Positions 48,687-59,161 of a stretch of 64,000 nt of DNA are shown in pieces. The notes beneath the pieces are model-generated. The model did no database searches, was not told where the DNA came from, and saw only the letters and a list, made by a program, of their open reading frames with translations. Source of the stretch: a virus (lineage: Duplodnaviria > Caudoviricetes); IMG/VR virus record IMGVR_UViG_2576861533_000004, positions 1,662-65,661 of that record; one strand, written 5' to 3'. Position 1 is the first letter of the stretch. The number at the start of each line of letters is the position of its first letter. Made by a program: the position numbers and the translations under genes.

Positions 48687-49961
48687 TCAATTTATCTGTA
48701 TGATGTTGGTAATAGGATTAGGCGTTGATTCCGTAATTTCCACATTACCGTCTATATCAATCGTTCCGATAACAGATTGGCTAGTACTATATTGAAAACC
48801 TGCAAAATATAACAAATCTGAACCCTCCATTGTATAAATGGAACGAAAATCAATGCCTTTGCTTGACAAGTCCAATTCCTTGATACTGTAGTTCTCCAAT
48901 GCTATAATATCCAATTTATCCACAGATTTTCGTGCATATAAAGCATTTGCTGTCAAATAAGTGGAATAATCTGTATTGAAGAATCCGTTTAGATTAACAG
49001 GAATCTCAGTCAATGTCCTTGTTGCAAGTATATATTCATAAGTGCGACCATAAACATTTATCAGCATTGTAGCCCTGCGTTCATTCCATTTCACTTGTAT
49101 GTCATTGGGTTGTGGTCTTCCCCAATAATCAAGAGATTCCGTCTCTGCCATAATTTGACTTTGGAGTTCTTTATTCTCATTTAGCTTGCTAACTACAAGT
49201 TTGTAAGATTCATGTTCTCCACTAACAGCAGTGAGATATAAATCTTCGTTGTCGTGAGATACAAAAGCATTTCCATATTCTGTGTGGGGGATAAAATTAG
49301 AAATGATAAACTGCTGCGTACCATACGACGGACGGATATATCTGTAACCATAGAAACAAGTTCCCTTATTGTTGACAACAAAAGAAAGAGAGTTATCTGC
49401 ATACAATTCTAACTTTAAGTTAGAAATATCCTGTGTATGAATTTTATAAAGTCTTCCTCCACCCATATTGTTTTCCATGTTAGCCATGACATAGATATTT
49501 CCCTTATTGTCTGTTACGGCATTCTCTCCATTTAGTCCTGCACCTAAATCATATATCGCTTCTGTGGATTTATCGACAAGATAGGAATATCCGCCTATTC
49601 TCTCTTCGTTCGGTAGCAAGAAGCCATCTTCGTCATACGTTGGTCTGTAATTGATGTCCCCGCCTGTAAACATCAGATACTTTTTATTAATATCCCATAT
49701 TGAAAATGAACCGCTTATTCTAATCGTATCACCCTTATTGTCAATCCACGATAATTCCATGTCTCTACCGTCTTTCTTAATCTGTCGATATTGGGCAGAA
49801 GAAGAACGGGTATTAGTTCCACTTGTATAGATATACTTTGCATCTTTGATATTCAACCCCACAATATCACCGTGCTGTGGCGGTTGGGACAGTTCATCAT
49901 CATTACTGCAAGATACAAGAAAAAAGGCTGTACAAGCAGCCAATAAATACTTCAATTTCAT
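48687..49961 (-). CDS. Lipoprotein, probably a beta-propeller
   Basis: Lipobox LVSC plus NDDE; NTRSS site; beta-rich. Confidence 0.75.
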   Translation of the reverse strand: MKLKYLLAACTAFFLVSCSNDDELSQPPQHGDIVGLNIKDAKYIYTSGTNTRSSSAQYRQIKKDGRDMELSWIDNKGDTIRISGSFSIWDINKKYLMFTGGDINYRPTYDEDGFLLPNEERIGGYSYLVDKSTEAIYDLGAGLNGENAVTDNKGNIYVMANMENNMGGGRLYKIHTQDISNLKLELYADNSLSFVVNNKGTCFYGYRYIRPSYGTQQFIISNFIPHTEYGNAFVSHDNEDLYLTAVSGEHESYKLVVSKLNENKELQSQIMAETESLDYWGRPQPNDIQVKWNERRATMLINVYGRTYEYILATRTLTEIPVNLNGFFNTDYSTYLTANALYARKSVDKLDIIALENYSIKELDLSSKGIDFRSIYTMEGSDLLYFAGFQYSTSQSVIGTIDIDGNVEITESTPNPITNIIQIN

Positions 49962-49965
49962 AATA

Positions 49966-50606
49966 CTATTTTTTTATTTTATTAGTAATTCTATCTGATA
50001 ATCCTTTCAATCCTACTTCATTTAAGTTTTTCAACTTTGCTTCTTTTCCTATCAGAAGAGGGTGTTTAGGATAGCCTTTCGTGGTAGCTCCGTAGGCTTT
50101 GAAATGATGGCTTCCACTGAACAGGCTGATTATACCTTGTATGTTCTTACTTCGTTTCCGAATAACAGATCAGACAAATATGTCCGTTTTGTATCGTCAA
50201 TAACCGCACCCCAAGCGCACCACACATCTGCCTGTTCAATGGTAGACAACAATTCTTCTATGGCTGCAAGATTGCGCAAATGAATCTCTATGTCGTAAGT
50301 ATGGTCCGTATCCATGTTGTTCGGATTGGTTGCTCTTTGAGGGTAAACATTCAGCATATACCATGCTCCGTATTCACCGCTTCTTTTTGCATAGTCTTGC
50401 ACCCTTCTCAGTGTCGGGTCAAGGAAGTTAGGCAGTGCCATGCTAGGATTGATACCAATGCAAACCAATACATTCTGTTTATCCGTATCGAATTGCTCAC
50501 CTAATACATAACGCACGTCTGTAAGTTCACAGTCGTATTTTCTACGATATTCGTCCGACACATCATAGTTATACACCCAACCATTTTTTACTATTTTCTT
50601 ACTCAT
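49966..50606 (-). pseudogene. DUF1643-family protein, frameshifted near 50150
   Basis: IGINPS, DPTL, NVYPQRAT and WCAWG motifs; the conserved TKGYPKHPL C-terminus continues in another frame to TAG at 49966. Confidence 0.75.
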
Positions 50607-50691
50607 AATCTCTAAAAGCCTTATTGCTTAGTATTTCTAAGCACAAAGATAAATCTTTTTTTCAACTTTACAAATTCAAAAACATGGTTTT

Positions 50692-50925
50692 ATGAAATCA
50701 GATATTGATCTATTTGTCATTAATAGAATTAGAGAAAAGCGAAAGGAATTGAAAGTGTCTCAGCGTGGTATGGCAGAGATACTTGGCTGTTCTGCTGGTT
50801 TTATCGGACAAGTAGAGAGTGAAAACTCTGATACTAAGTATAGTGTACATCAACTCTATCTTATCGCAAAGGATTTTGATTGTTCTCCAGCAGACTTTTT
50901 CCCTTCTCTTGATTCTGATTTTTAA
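50692..50925 (+). CDS. XRE-family HTH regulator
   Basis: IREKRKELKVSQRGMAEILG..FIGQVES. Confidence 0.88.
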   Translation: MKSDIDLFVINRIREKRKELKVSQRGMAEILGCSAGFIGQVESENSDTKYSVHQLYLIAKDFDCSPADFFPSLDSDF

Positions 50926-51064
50926 TCCAGTTTTGCTTGCAAAGCTAAGACTATGGGTACGACAATTTCAGTCGGTGCTCGGATGTTTTTTTCATATTAC
51001 ATTTATCTGGAAAAAAATAACCGCTACATTGCTGTAACGGTTATGATATTATTTTCTTAATTTC

Positions 51065-51760
51065 TCAATTCTGCTTTATCTCTTCAATTTCGTTATCAGT
51101 GTCGATAATTAGATACTGTTGTAGTTGAGTGTCTGTAAATATCAACTTACTTTCTTCCTGTGTTATAATGCTAATCTCCTTTATTCTGGTATGTCCGACT
51201 ACATGATGGTAGTTAGGGAGTGCGGATTTACTTAAAGAGTCTGGTCTAATCCATAATGGACTTTGATAGACATTATTTCCGGCAGCATCGCTGTTTATTT
51301 TATTGACGAAATCTAATACTAATGGATATGTTTGAAACAGATTGTTTATATCTGTATAATGTTGCATTCCTTTTTCTCTCATCCATATACGGCTTACACC
51401 TGCATGGGAAAACAGATAATTGTCATAGCAAACACACGCTTGAATTGTCTTTTCCCGAATCAGGACTATAAGTTCATCTTGTATAAGATCGGATAACCGT
51501 TGGGTGAAGCGGTTGCTTCTCACACCTCCGATATACTGTAAGTCATGGTTGCCTATTAGCAAATCAACGTTAGTATATTCTTCTTTAAAGTCAAGTATAG
51601 AGTGTAGATTTTCTAACTGTTCTTCTGGAGAAATAAGACTATGTTTGTCATCTACATAATCCCCAAGAAAGATAAATCTGTCCACATTCCCTCTTTCCTT
51701 ATTGATAATATTCTTCCATTCTGTCAGTCCATGAATATCACTAATTATACATATTTTCAT
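51065..51760 (-). CDS. Calcineurin-like metallophosphoesterase
   Basis: SDIHG, GDYVD, GNHD, HAG and GHT motifs. Confidence 0.92.
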   Translation of the reverse strand: MKICIISDIHGLTEWKNIINKERGNVDRFIFLGDYVDDKHSLISPEEQLENLHSILDFKEEYTNVDLLIGNHDLQYIGGVRSNRFTQRLSDLIQDELIVLIREKTIQACVCYDNYLFSHAGVSRIWMREKGMQHYTDINNLFQTYPLVLDFVNKINSDAAGNNVYQSPLWIRPDSLSKSALPNYHHVVGHTRIKEISIITQEESKLIFTDTQLQQYLIIDTDNEIEEIKQN

Positions 51761-51765
51761 AAGCG

Positions 51766-52668
51766 TTAGTATTGGGATATAGCTTTTTGTAAGCGTTTTA
51801 TAATTCTTTCTCTGAGCGATAATGGGTATAAGACTTCTACTTGTTCTCCGTAACTGATTATCTTATTTTCTAATTCCGGATTGATAATTAGGTGTAAAGT
51901 GACAATGTTTTCATCTATAGTTTGAGACTGGTGTAGTGGTAGAGCTTTCAGATAATGTAACATAGTATCGGAAAATCTTAGTTCCACTTTTTCTATTGGG
52001 GCATTTGGATTGTTATCCGGTTCATAGATTATCCCATATATTTGATTGAATTTATCCGCAGTCAGCTCCAATACTTTCTCTCGTTGAAAATGATTATCGG
52101 TAATAATAAGGTCACTAATCCTGTCAAACCCAAAAGTGCGAAAAGCTTTCAGTTCATCAACATAGGCAAACATATACCACATTCCTTCAAACTCTTTCAA
52201 TAGATAAGGAAAGACTGTATATTCTTTTAATCTGCCTGTTTGATAGTTTCGATGTTCAAAGTGGATGCTCATTTGGCTCTGGATTGCTTGCAGTAAACGA
52301 CCGATATTCTCAACTCCTTTTGCGTGAGGGGTAGGGCTAATAGATAAGTACTCTAGGAGTTTGTTTCTGTCTTTGACGGTGGAGAGAATAATATCAGAAC
52401 TTTCAGCTAGTCCAATAAAATAGAGCAATTTATCGAAATCGAATGTACTATCTGTTTGAGCATAGTAACCATTCTTTTGTTCATCGTATATGATTTCTAT
52501 ATCGAAATTACTTCGTATATCAGCTAGATCTCTTTGAAATGTCCTCTCTCCAATCTCTACGTCATATCGTTTCATGTAGTCGAGCAGTGTACGCTTGCTG
52601 GGATAATCATTCTGTAGAATTCTACGAATGATTAGATAGTTTCTTCGTATGGTATTTTTGGTTGGCAT
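51766..52668 (-). CDS. WYL-domain transcriptional regulator (wHTH-WYL-WCX)
   Basis: ERTFQRDL HTH; PYLLKEFEGMWYM; RTFGFDRI; PLHQSQ. Confidence 0.92.
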   Translation of the reverse strand: MPTKNTIRRNYLIIRRILQNDYPSKRTLLDYMKRYDVEIGERTFQRDLADIRSNFDIEIIYDEQKNGYYAQTDSTFDFDKLLYFIGLAESSDIILSTVKDRNKLLEYLSISPTPHAKGVENIGRLLQAIQSQMSIHFEHRNYQTGRLKEYTVFPYLLKEFEGMWYMFAYVDELKAFRTFGFDRISDLIITDNHFQREKVLELTADKFNQIYGIIYEPDNNPNAPIEKVELRFSDTMLHYLKALPLHQSQTIDENIVTLHLIINPELENKIISYGEQVEVLYPLSLRERIIKRLQKAISQY

Positions 52669-52724
52669 AAATGTTTATATTTGTAGGTCAAAGCGATTAC
52701 TGATATTCAATATCACTTATGGAA

Positions 52725-53285
52725 TTAGAGTAGACTCTCGAAATAAGAAACGTTGTAATGAACAGTATTTGGACAAATTATCATTTGGCTACCACAAGAG
52801 TGAATATGCCCAAATACATGGTTACGAGGTTTGTATTTAGCAATCACATCTTTTAATAAAGAGCATCCAGTACCTTCATCCAGTACTCCTTTTGCTGGTC
52901 CATGGGTTATCAGAAAGTCTATGTTCGATGGAATTTCTTGTTTATGATGTAACCACGGGCGTGCTGTGATAGAATAGAAATGAATATTATCATACTTTAT
53001 CCCAAAATCTTCCAGCAATGTAACACCTTTAGGGATTAGCAATTGTGCATCTTCTGGGCATAAATCGAACAACAGTTCATGATTACCAGCCACAAATATA
53101 CGTAATTGCGCAGGTTGAGCAGCATACCAGTTGAGGAAATCGGATAATTCCTGTTCTTCTATACCTTCTACTCCGTCTCCAGCGCAAATCAAGATGTCAG
53201 CTTCTGACGGTATTCTCAGTTGAGAGTGCATCCCATGAGTATCAGAGAATGCGAATATTTTATGATTCTTAAATGGTATAATCAT
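52725..53285 (-). CDS. Calcineurin-like metallophosphoesterase (MPPED/239FB-like)
   Basis: SDTHG, CAGD, AGNHE, THGP and FGHIH motifs. Confidence 0.92.
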   Translation of the reverse strand: MIIPFKNHKIFAFSDTHGMHSQLRIPSEADILICAGDGVEGIEEQELSDFLNWYAAQPAQLRIFVAGNHELLFDLCPEDAQLLIPKGVTLLEDFGIKYDNIHFYSITARPWLHHKQEIPSNIDFLITHGPAKGVLDEGTGCSLLKDVIAKYKPRNHVFGHIHSCGSQMIICPNTVHYNVSYFESLL

Positions 53286-53432
53286 ATTCTTTGTATTTTT
53301 AGACTGTAAATTTACGAGATTGCCAAATAGGAACAAACAATATCAAGTATAATCTATTTATAATCTTGAAATCTATGTTACACTACATATCCTAGAGGCT
53401 TGTTTATGATTATATCATCGTTGTATTGTAAA

Positions 53433-53744
53433 TTACTCCCTCTCTTCTTTCTTTTTTCTTCCTCTTTTCTTTCTATTCAATAGGAAATTCAGATAGATAC
53501 TTGGCTTGAAACAGGCAATCTTTTTAGCCGGAATATCAATCGGAGCAAATGTACTAGGGTTCATTCCTTTTCTTGCAGCTTTTTGTTTCACTGAGAACGT
53601 TCCAAAACCAATCAAAAGCAGCCTTCCATTTCTTACCATTTCTTCGGTAATGATTTCTATTACTGCATTTAGCACTTTTCTTGATTCAAACTTGCTTAAC
53701 CCTGTTCTTTCCGCAATAGCATTTGTTAATTCTTTCTTATTCAT
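53433..53744 (-). CDS. HU-family DNA-binding protein
   Basis: MNKKEL...GFGTFSV...RKGMNP...IPAKK...FKP. Confidence 0.93.
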   Translation of the reverse strand: MNKKELTNAIAERTGLSKFESRKVLNAVIEIITEEMVRNGRLLLIGFGTFSVKQKAARKGMNPSTFAPIDIPAKKIACFKPSIYLNFLLNRKKRGRKKKEERE

Positions 53745-53792
53745 GTATTTACAGTTTAAATATTACTCAATATATTATAGTTCTTATACAAT

Positions 53793-54092
53793 TTATTGTT
53801 CTGCTTCCATAAGGATTGTCATTCCTATTTCTTTGGCTATTAAGTATTCTATTCTTGCTTCTTTGGAGGCTTGCCAGTTGTTAAGCAAGAAGATAGCTTC
53901 GCAGTCAAATAGGAGTTTTATATCATCCAACATGTACTCTTTCCATGTCTTTCCCTCAATCTGTGTGTTAACTTTTATAGGGTTAATAGGGATATATCCT
54001 TGTACAGTCAATGCTTTTTCTGCTTTATCAAATTTAGCTTTGGCTTCCTCTACTCCTAATTCTGTAATTTGTCCTGAAATGTATGTTCTCAT
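53793..54092 (-). CDS. DUF4406 protein (nucleoside deoxyribosyltransferase-like fold)
   Basis: YISGQIT, INP and CEAIFLLNNWQASKEARIE motifs. Confidence 0.85.
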   Translation of the reverse strand: MRTYISGQITELGVEEAKAKFDKAEKALTVQGYIPINPIKVNTQIEGKTWKEYMLDDIKLLFDCEAIFLLNNWQASKEARIEYLIAKEIGMTILMEAEQ

Positions 54093-54162
54093 TAGATTCT
54101 GTTTATAATTTTACATTCATTGTCTAATAAACATTTTCAAGAATTGTTCCGTTTTTGTATAT

Positions 54163-54332
54163 TATGACGAGGCGTCATATCTTGTCATATAGCATGGATA
54201 CTTAAAGCGGTTAGAAATAGAGGATAGGGATTATTGAATAGTATTTTTCTATAAATCAATTTTTGATTCTTTGTAAATCACTTTAGATAAAGAATTTCTA
54301 CAATATTCTTTATATGACGCCTCTGTCATATA
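54163..54332. promoter_or_regulatory. Pair of palindromic operator-like sites
   Basis: TATGACG-AGG-CGTCATA (54163-54179) and TATATGAC-GCCTCT-GTCATATA (54311-54332). Confidence 0.65.
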
Positions 54333-54348
54333 TTATTCAATTTAAGTA

Positions 54349-55362
54349 TCAATTTTTTATTTTATCTCTAATTTGGGATAGAATAGAATCGGCATTATGT
54401 TCTTGATTAAGAAAAGTCTGCATCATTGCTTTGATTTTCTTCATTTGTTTACCTAACGCTCCTTTGGTCTTGTTTGAGTAAAGAGATATATCTTTAATTT
54501 CTTGCTCAATGCTTCTCAAATCGAATTTGTGATAACGGATAATGCACCATAATCCATAGTCTACAATATTGTTTATTTGTATGGTATTAGATTTATGTGA
54601 GGTATCTGCATCAAATATCTTGTTGAATAAAGATAGTAAGATGTTTTTGTTAGTGTTCATTACTGAATGGAAATCTGTGTTGGAGATTTCTAACTCCTTC
54701 ATTATTTTTCTTTTATTCTCTAATTTTATCTCAAATCGGGTTTTACCTTGAAAATAGTTGAGGATTGATTGCTCCGCACCTGTTTGCTTTAGGAATGTCT
54801 TATTCCTATATAATGAAATTTCTGCTTCTTTATTATAGATGGTTATTGACTCTCTGCAATCTACAGCTTTTACATCTTTAGTGAACAAAATTCCATCTGT
54901 GTATCTGTGCCATTTATATCGTCTATACTCTCCATTATATTGGTTGAGTCTATCAAGTATTTCACTAGTCAATTTTAAATCTACATCTTTGGTTATATGT
55001 AGCTTATTGAAATAACAGTTCTCAATAATCTTATCAATATCTAATTTGCAAATATTAAGGTTTTCAATGTTGAGTAAGCATTGCCGAAATGTTTGTGCGG
55101 AGATTAATAGTGGATAGTCTTTGAATAATATTTTAGATGAGAACTCTATCGTCATTCTTTTAGATTTGTAATTCACTCTAATATACAATTGAAAAGGAAT
55201 TATATCTGTGTGTTTACGAGAATGAAATTCTACTTTTCTTGCTTCTCCACTGGCTAAGTCTATATCATTATCAAAGAATTCATCATTTACATCGGATATA
55301 TACTCACTATAAGTAACGAATCTAACTGTGTCAAATGTAATTGTCTTGTCTAAATTGCTCAT
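54349..55362 (-). CDS. Replication-initiator-like protein (Rep_trans / phage gene II-X-like)
   Basis: HITKD, ITIYNKE and RFEIKL motifs. Confidence 0.55.
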   Translation of the reverse strand: MSNLDKTITFDTVRFVTYSEYISDVNDEFFDNDIDLASGEARKVEFHSRKHTDIIPFQLYIRVNYKSKRMTIEFSSKILFKDYPLLISAQTFRQCLLNIENLNICKLDIDKIIENCYFNKLHITKDVDLKLTSEILDRLNQYNGEYRRYKWHRYTDGILFTKDVKAVDCRESITIYNKEAEISLYRNKTFLKQTGAEQSILNYFQGKTRFEIKLENKRKIMKELEISNTDFHSVMNTNKNILLSLFNKIFDADTSHKSNTIQINNIVDYGLWCIIRYHKFDLRSIEQEIKDISLYSNKTKGALGKQMKKIKAMMQTFLNQEHNADSILSQIRDKIKN

Positions 55363-55506
55363 ATTAACTTTTATAATATTTATTAGCAAGGTTGCCTGAT
55401 TGAATTCCAAAACCCAACTTGTTAGAGCGAATACGGCAAGAGCCAGACTATGAATAGCCCAGCTCTTTCTCGTAGTAATATTTTGACTTCGGCTTTTAGC
55501 GGTGTT

Positions 55507-56001
55507 CTAAGTAAGCCGAGTTATCGTTTTGGATTCTTCCAAATAAGTATTAAACTTGCTATGCTGACAAGATTCTCTGAAACCATGAGGCATAAAAAGC
55601 AAATCGTTTTTTGTAGTCAGATGTGCTCTTTTACATGGTTCATGCAGTAGTTTATACTCTGACCACTTTAATATCTTTACCCCGGTAGGCTCTTCTGGTG
55701 ATGTGCTTATATGATATATTGGCTCTTTTTTGTTTAATAAGACCCTCAATATGGAATTAAAACTCTTAGATGACCAAATTGTGATGTTTGTGTCCGACAT
55801 TTCTATAACTTCTCCGTTAGGAATCGATAATCTATCGGATAAGATATTGAAGAGCCATGCAGTCTCTTTGTCGTTTTTCTTCTCAGAGGTAAAAAAATCA
55901 CAATTACTGTTTATTGAGTAACACCGTGCTACCTTTTCTTTGCACAGTACATCTAGAATTTCTTGAATGCTCTCACTCTTTGATTTACTTTTGTTGTTCA
56001 T
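55507..56001 (-). CDS. Hypothetical protein
   Basis: 164-aa ORF in the element backbone. Confidence 0.5.
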   Translation of the reverse strand: MNNKSKSKSESIQEILDVLCKEKVARCYSINSNCDFFTSEKKNDKETAWLFNILSDRLSIPNGEVIEMSDTNITIWSSKSFNSILRVLLNKKEPIYHISTSPEEPTGVKILKWSEYKLLHEPCKRAHLTTKNDLLFMPHGFRESCQHSKFNTYLEESKTITRLT

Positions 56002-56030
56002 AACTTAAAAAAATGAAATTAATAATATGG

Positions 56031-57041
56031 TTAATTGTTGTTAGTCAATGATTTAATGATGTAATCGCATAGGTCTAATCCACCAGCTCTTTCTTCTTCA
56101 GTTGCATTATCCTCTAATACGTCGTTTATAGAGTAGCTTGCAAAGAAGATATGTTTGGATATACCTTCAACTTTAGCTTTCCATTGCTGGTAACATCCTA
56201 AGTCGGGAAAGAAAATAACGTGCCTGTGGGCTAATACCTTGCATTTTTGTAAATTCAATCCTCCTAATCCTCCACTTGCGATGCAAACTAAATCCGGAAA
56301 TATAATGGAGGCTACTATGGCTGTTTTTTCACTTTCAAAGACGGCAACAATCGCATTAGGATATTTTTTAAGTAAATGTTCTCCATAGAAACATTGCTTT
56401 AGTTTGAAATCAGCTTTTAGCCTATGCTCTTTCTTTAGGTAGTAATGAACCCAGTTTATCATATTAGGTCTATTTTCATCCTTGATTCTCTTTCCTGTTT
56501 GTTGATTATAAAGCATAATTTTTCCTGTACGTATTTGGTTGTTATAATCTCTCTGCCAGAAAACTACTGCTCCATTGATTCTATGCGAACCACCTAAATC
56601 GTATTTTTGTACAACGTCTTTGATTGCTTCTATGCCATAATGAGGGTCATTTCCTATTAATTTGAAAAGCCATATGGTAAATGTGTTAATGTATCGTTTA
56701 TTCCACATTGATATCTTAACGTATTTTTCATCAATTATATCATAGTCTTTTTCATTGATATTAATTGGGGATTTTGGCTGCCTTTTTTTTCTGTACAGTT
56801 CATTCCTTTTTGTTTTTTCTTCTGGATGTTCTTGGAAATGTATTTTAGGGGGCTTATGAAAACCGCATTTGATAAGTCGATTGCACTTTCCTACATCTTC
56901 TGCAATGTATTCCATTGTAGTATTGTCTATATATCTTTTAAACTCACGTTTTCCACAGTTGGGGCAAATATGTATGAAACTAGCGCCCCTTCTGTTATCT
57001 AAAGAATAGCGATATTCTTTTTCCATATTCAAGATTATCAT
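56031..57041 (-). CDS. DUF6371-like zinc-finger/Toprim primase-like protein
   Basis: CPNC...CNR..CGFH; VVFWQ..RTGKIMLY; GEHLL; ESEKTA; FPD. Confidence 0.8.
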   Translation of the reverse strand: MIILNMEKEYRYSLDNRRGASFIHICPNCGKREFKRYIDNTTMEYIAEDVGKCNRLIKCGFHKPPKIHFQEHPEEKTKRNELYRKKRQPKSPININEKDYDIIDEKYVKISMWNKRYINTFTIWLFKLIGNDPHYGIEAIKDVVQKYDLGGSHRINGAVVFWQRDYNNQIRTGKIMLYNQQTGKRIKDENRPNMINWVHYYLKKEHRLKADFKLKQCFYGEHLLKKYPNAIVAVFESEKTAIVASIIFPDLVCIASGGLGGLNLQKCKVLAHRHVIFFPDLGCYQQWKAKVEGISKHIFFASYSINDVLEDNATEEERAGGLDLCDYIIKSLTNNN

Positions 57042-57046
57042 TTATT

Positions 57047-57096
57047 ATCGTCATTATCGTAATGCTCCATACTGTGGTTATTACGATAATGACGAT
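57047..57096. repeat. Perfect 17-bp inverted repeat
   Basis: ATCGTCATTATCGTAAT-N16-ATTACGATAATGACGAT. Confidence 0.85.
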
Positions 57097-57104
57097 TTAA
57101 GTTA

Positions 57105-58583
57105 TTAATTTTGTTTTTCTATAAATACTTGCCGTGCTTTCCCACCGATAGCTTCTACTTTAAATTTCTGTTTTTTAAGTAGTCGGGAAAATACTTTGTA
57201 ACCAACTGGAATAGTACGAGTACGTGAGCAAAAGCTAGCATACTCGTCATACAGAAACTTTAACGCCATATAGCTCTTAGTACTATGAGTGTAATTTTCA
57301 TATTCGAGAAATTCGGATAGAGGATTTACTTCTTCTACAAATTCGTTTAAGATTTTGTCGGAAGCAGCACATGGGGAAAAACGTTTTTGTTTGAGAATTT
57401 TTTGGAGACCTTCAAGTACCATATTAAATATGCCGGGGAGGTCAGTTTCGCAAATTTCTTTAGCAAGGTTTACGTTTACATCTTTGTCTTCTACCGTTAT
57501 AGTGAATTTTAGAATTAAAAATCTACGAAGTAATCCTTGGGTATATTCAGAGCTTTCTTTAGGCAATTGGTTGGCATTATACATTTGTTTAGCATAATTG
57601 CACATCGTAATATGCTGCTTTCTAATTGCCCGTGCGTATATAGGCTCACCCGAAGTCATTTTTTTTAGTACGATGGGGTCATATCTGCCCCCAATGTCAC
57701 TACCATAATTTAGTAGCTTGTTATGCAAGTCTATTCTGCAATATCCTTTATCCTTTGTAACCTCTTCTAGTGACAAATTGCATACATTTTCTTCACCAAA
57801 TAATTTTCGTACTATTTCGTAGATAACAGATTTACCGTTTTTCCCTTCCCCGAGAAGTAAAAGAAATTTTTCTAGTTTTAAGTATTTGGTTAAGGTATAT
57901 CCCAAATATTCAAATAAGATAACTTGCGATTCTATATCCGGAAGCATCTGATTTAAGAATGTATAAAATTTATCACATTTTGCATTTGGATCATAATCAT
58001 ACTTTAGGCAATAGGTCAATTTATCTTCTGGTCTATGTTCTCTAAGAATTGCGCCCGTTTCGTTCACTTCCAATGTCCCGTTGCGGAAATTGACGAGTAC
58101 TGTTTCACATTTGGTTTCAGAAGAATCTTCTGGGGTGTAAGCTGCAGAGTGCAGTTGGTTATATAAGCGATCTCTTGTGCGATAGAATTGTGAATCAATG
58201 GAATCATAGTTCATTGCTTCTGCCACTTTTCCTAGAAGATATTTAGCTTCATTTTCTTCAAGATTCTGCCAATACACTCCGTTATATATGAATATCTCTC
58301 CTTTTATAATTGTTATATTGCGGTTATTTTGGTCAGCTATCTTTTTGAATTCGTCTATTGTTATAACTGTTTTTTGTATTACATTGGCTTTTTTACCATC
58401 CGGATTATTTGCAATCGCATCAAAATCGATGGGACGAGCGCAACTGATTAGATGTTCTATAACTTCTTCTGGACTTGAAGAGGTCGGCAGTATAGTTGGC
58501 TGAGTAGCTTGCTCAAAGTTCTTAATACTTTGAGTTACCATTTCAAGCATAGAAGTTGATTGTTGTTTAGTATCCATATCCAA
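57105..58583 (-). CDS. Phage/plasmid primase P4-family (D5-like) SF3 NTPase
   Basis: NFRNGTL; YDYDPNAKC; GEGKNGKS Walker A; KKMTSGE; ANQLP; RRF. Confidence 0.9.
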   Translation of the reverse strand: MDMDTKQQSTSMLEMVTQSIKNFEQATQPTILPTSSSPEEVIEHLISCARPIDFDAIANNPDGKKANVIQKTVITIDEFKKIADQNNRNITIIKGEIFIYNGVYWQNLEENEAKYLLGKVAEAMNYDSIDSQFYRTRDRLYNQLHSAAYTPEDSSETKCETVLVNFRNGTLEVNETGAILREHRPEDKLTYCLKYDYDPNAKCDKFYTFLNQMLPDIESQVILFEYLGYTLTKYLKLEKFLLLLGEGKNGKSVIYEIVRKLFGEENVCNLSLEEVTKDKGYCRIDLHNKLLNYGSDIGGRYDPIVLKKMTSGEPIYARAIRKQHITMCNYAKQMYNANQLPKESSEYTQGLLRRFLILKFTITVEDKDVNVNLAKEICETDLPGIFNMVLEGLQKILKQKRFSPCAASDKILNEFVEEVNPLSEFLEYENYTHSTKSYMALKFLYDEYASFCSRTRTIPVGYKVFSRLLKKQKFKVEAIGGKARQVFIEKQN

Positions 58584-58884
58584 GCCCTTCTCCCACGTTT
58601 AATTTGACTAAAGTAGCTTCAACTTCCTTTGCTTTGAAGAGAGAACGTCTACCAATTTTGTAACATACCAGAATCTCTAAGTTCACCCACCGATGTAAAG
58701 TTGAATAAGATATGTGTAAAAGTTCGCAGACTTCTTGTCTACTCATATAAGTATTAGTAGTGGATTTTTTTGTTGCTCTCTTCTGGGCATCGGCTAACTC
58801 TTCTTTGATAGTATTCCTTACCTGTGAACCGAATTGGATCATCAGTTCTTCTGGGTCTTCAAGAATAAAGATTTTCTTTTTCAT
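58567..58884 (-). CDS. HTH_17 excisionase-like protein
   Basis: YMSRQEVCELLHISYSTLHRW..YKIGRRSLF. Confidence 0.88.
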   Translation of the reverse strand: MKKKIFILEDPEELMIQFGSQVRNTIKEELADAQKRATKKSTTNTYMSRQEVCELLHISYSTLHRWVNLEILVCYKIGRRSLFKAKEVEATLVKLNVGEGLGYGY

Positions 58885-59161
58885 CTGTTTTCTATTTTTT
58901 ATTATTAATCGTTTTGATTTGAAGAGTTGCGCAACTTCAACGATGCAAAGGTATGGCAAAGTGCAGGTTTACAGGGGATAAGCTTATTCCGTAAAATGGC
59001 TGGTTTATTCTGAATTTCGTTAGTTTTATTCTGAGGCAAAAAAAAGGTTTATGTAGAAGTAAGTCGAATGCTTTAGGTAAGTATTTGATTTATAGAAATA
59101 AAAATGGCATACCGTGTGAGGATATGCCATCGTGTAGTTTATAAAATGGAATGTCGTTAGA

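Noticed and set aside
53506-54108. 200-aa plus-strand ORF
   Set aside because: It is antisense to clear HU and DUF4406 genes and has low-information composition.
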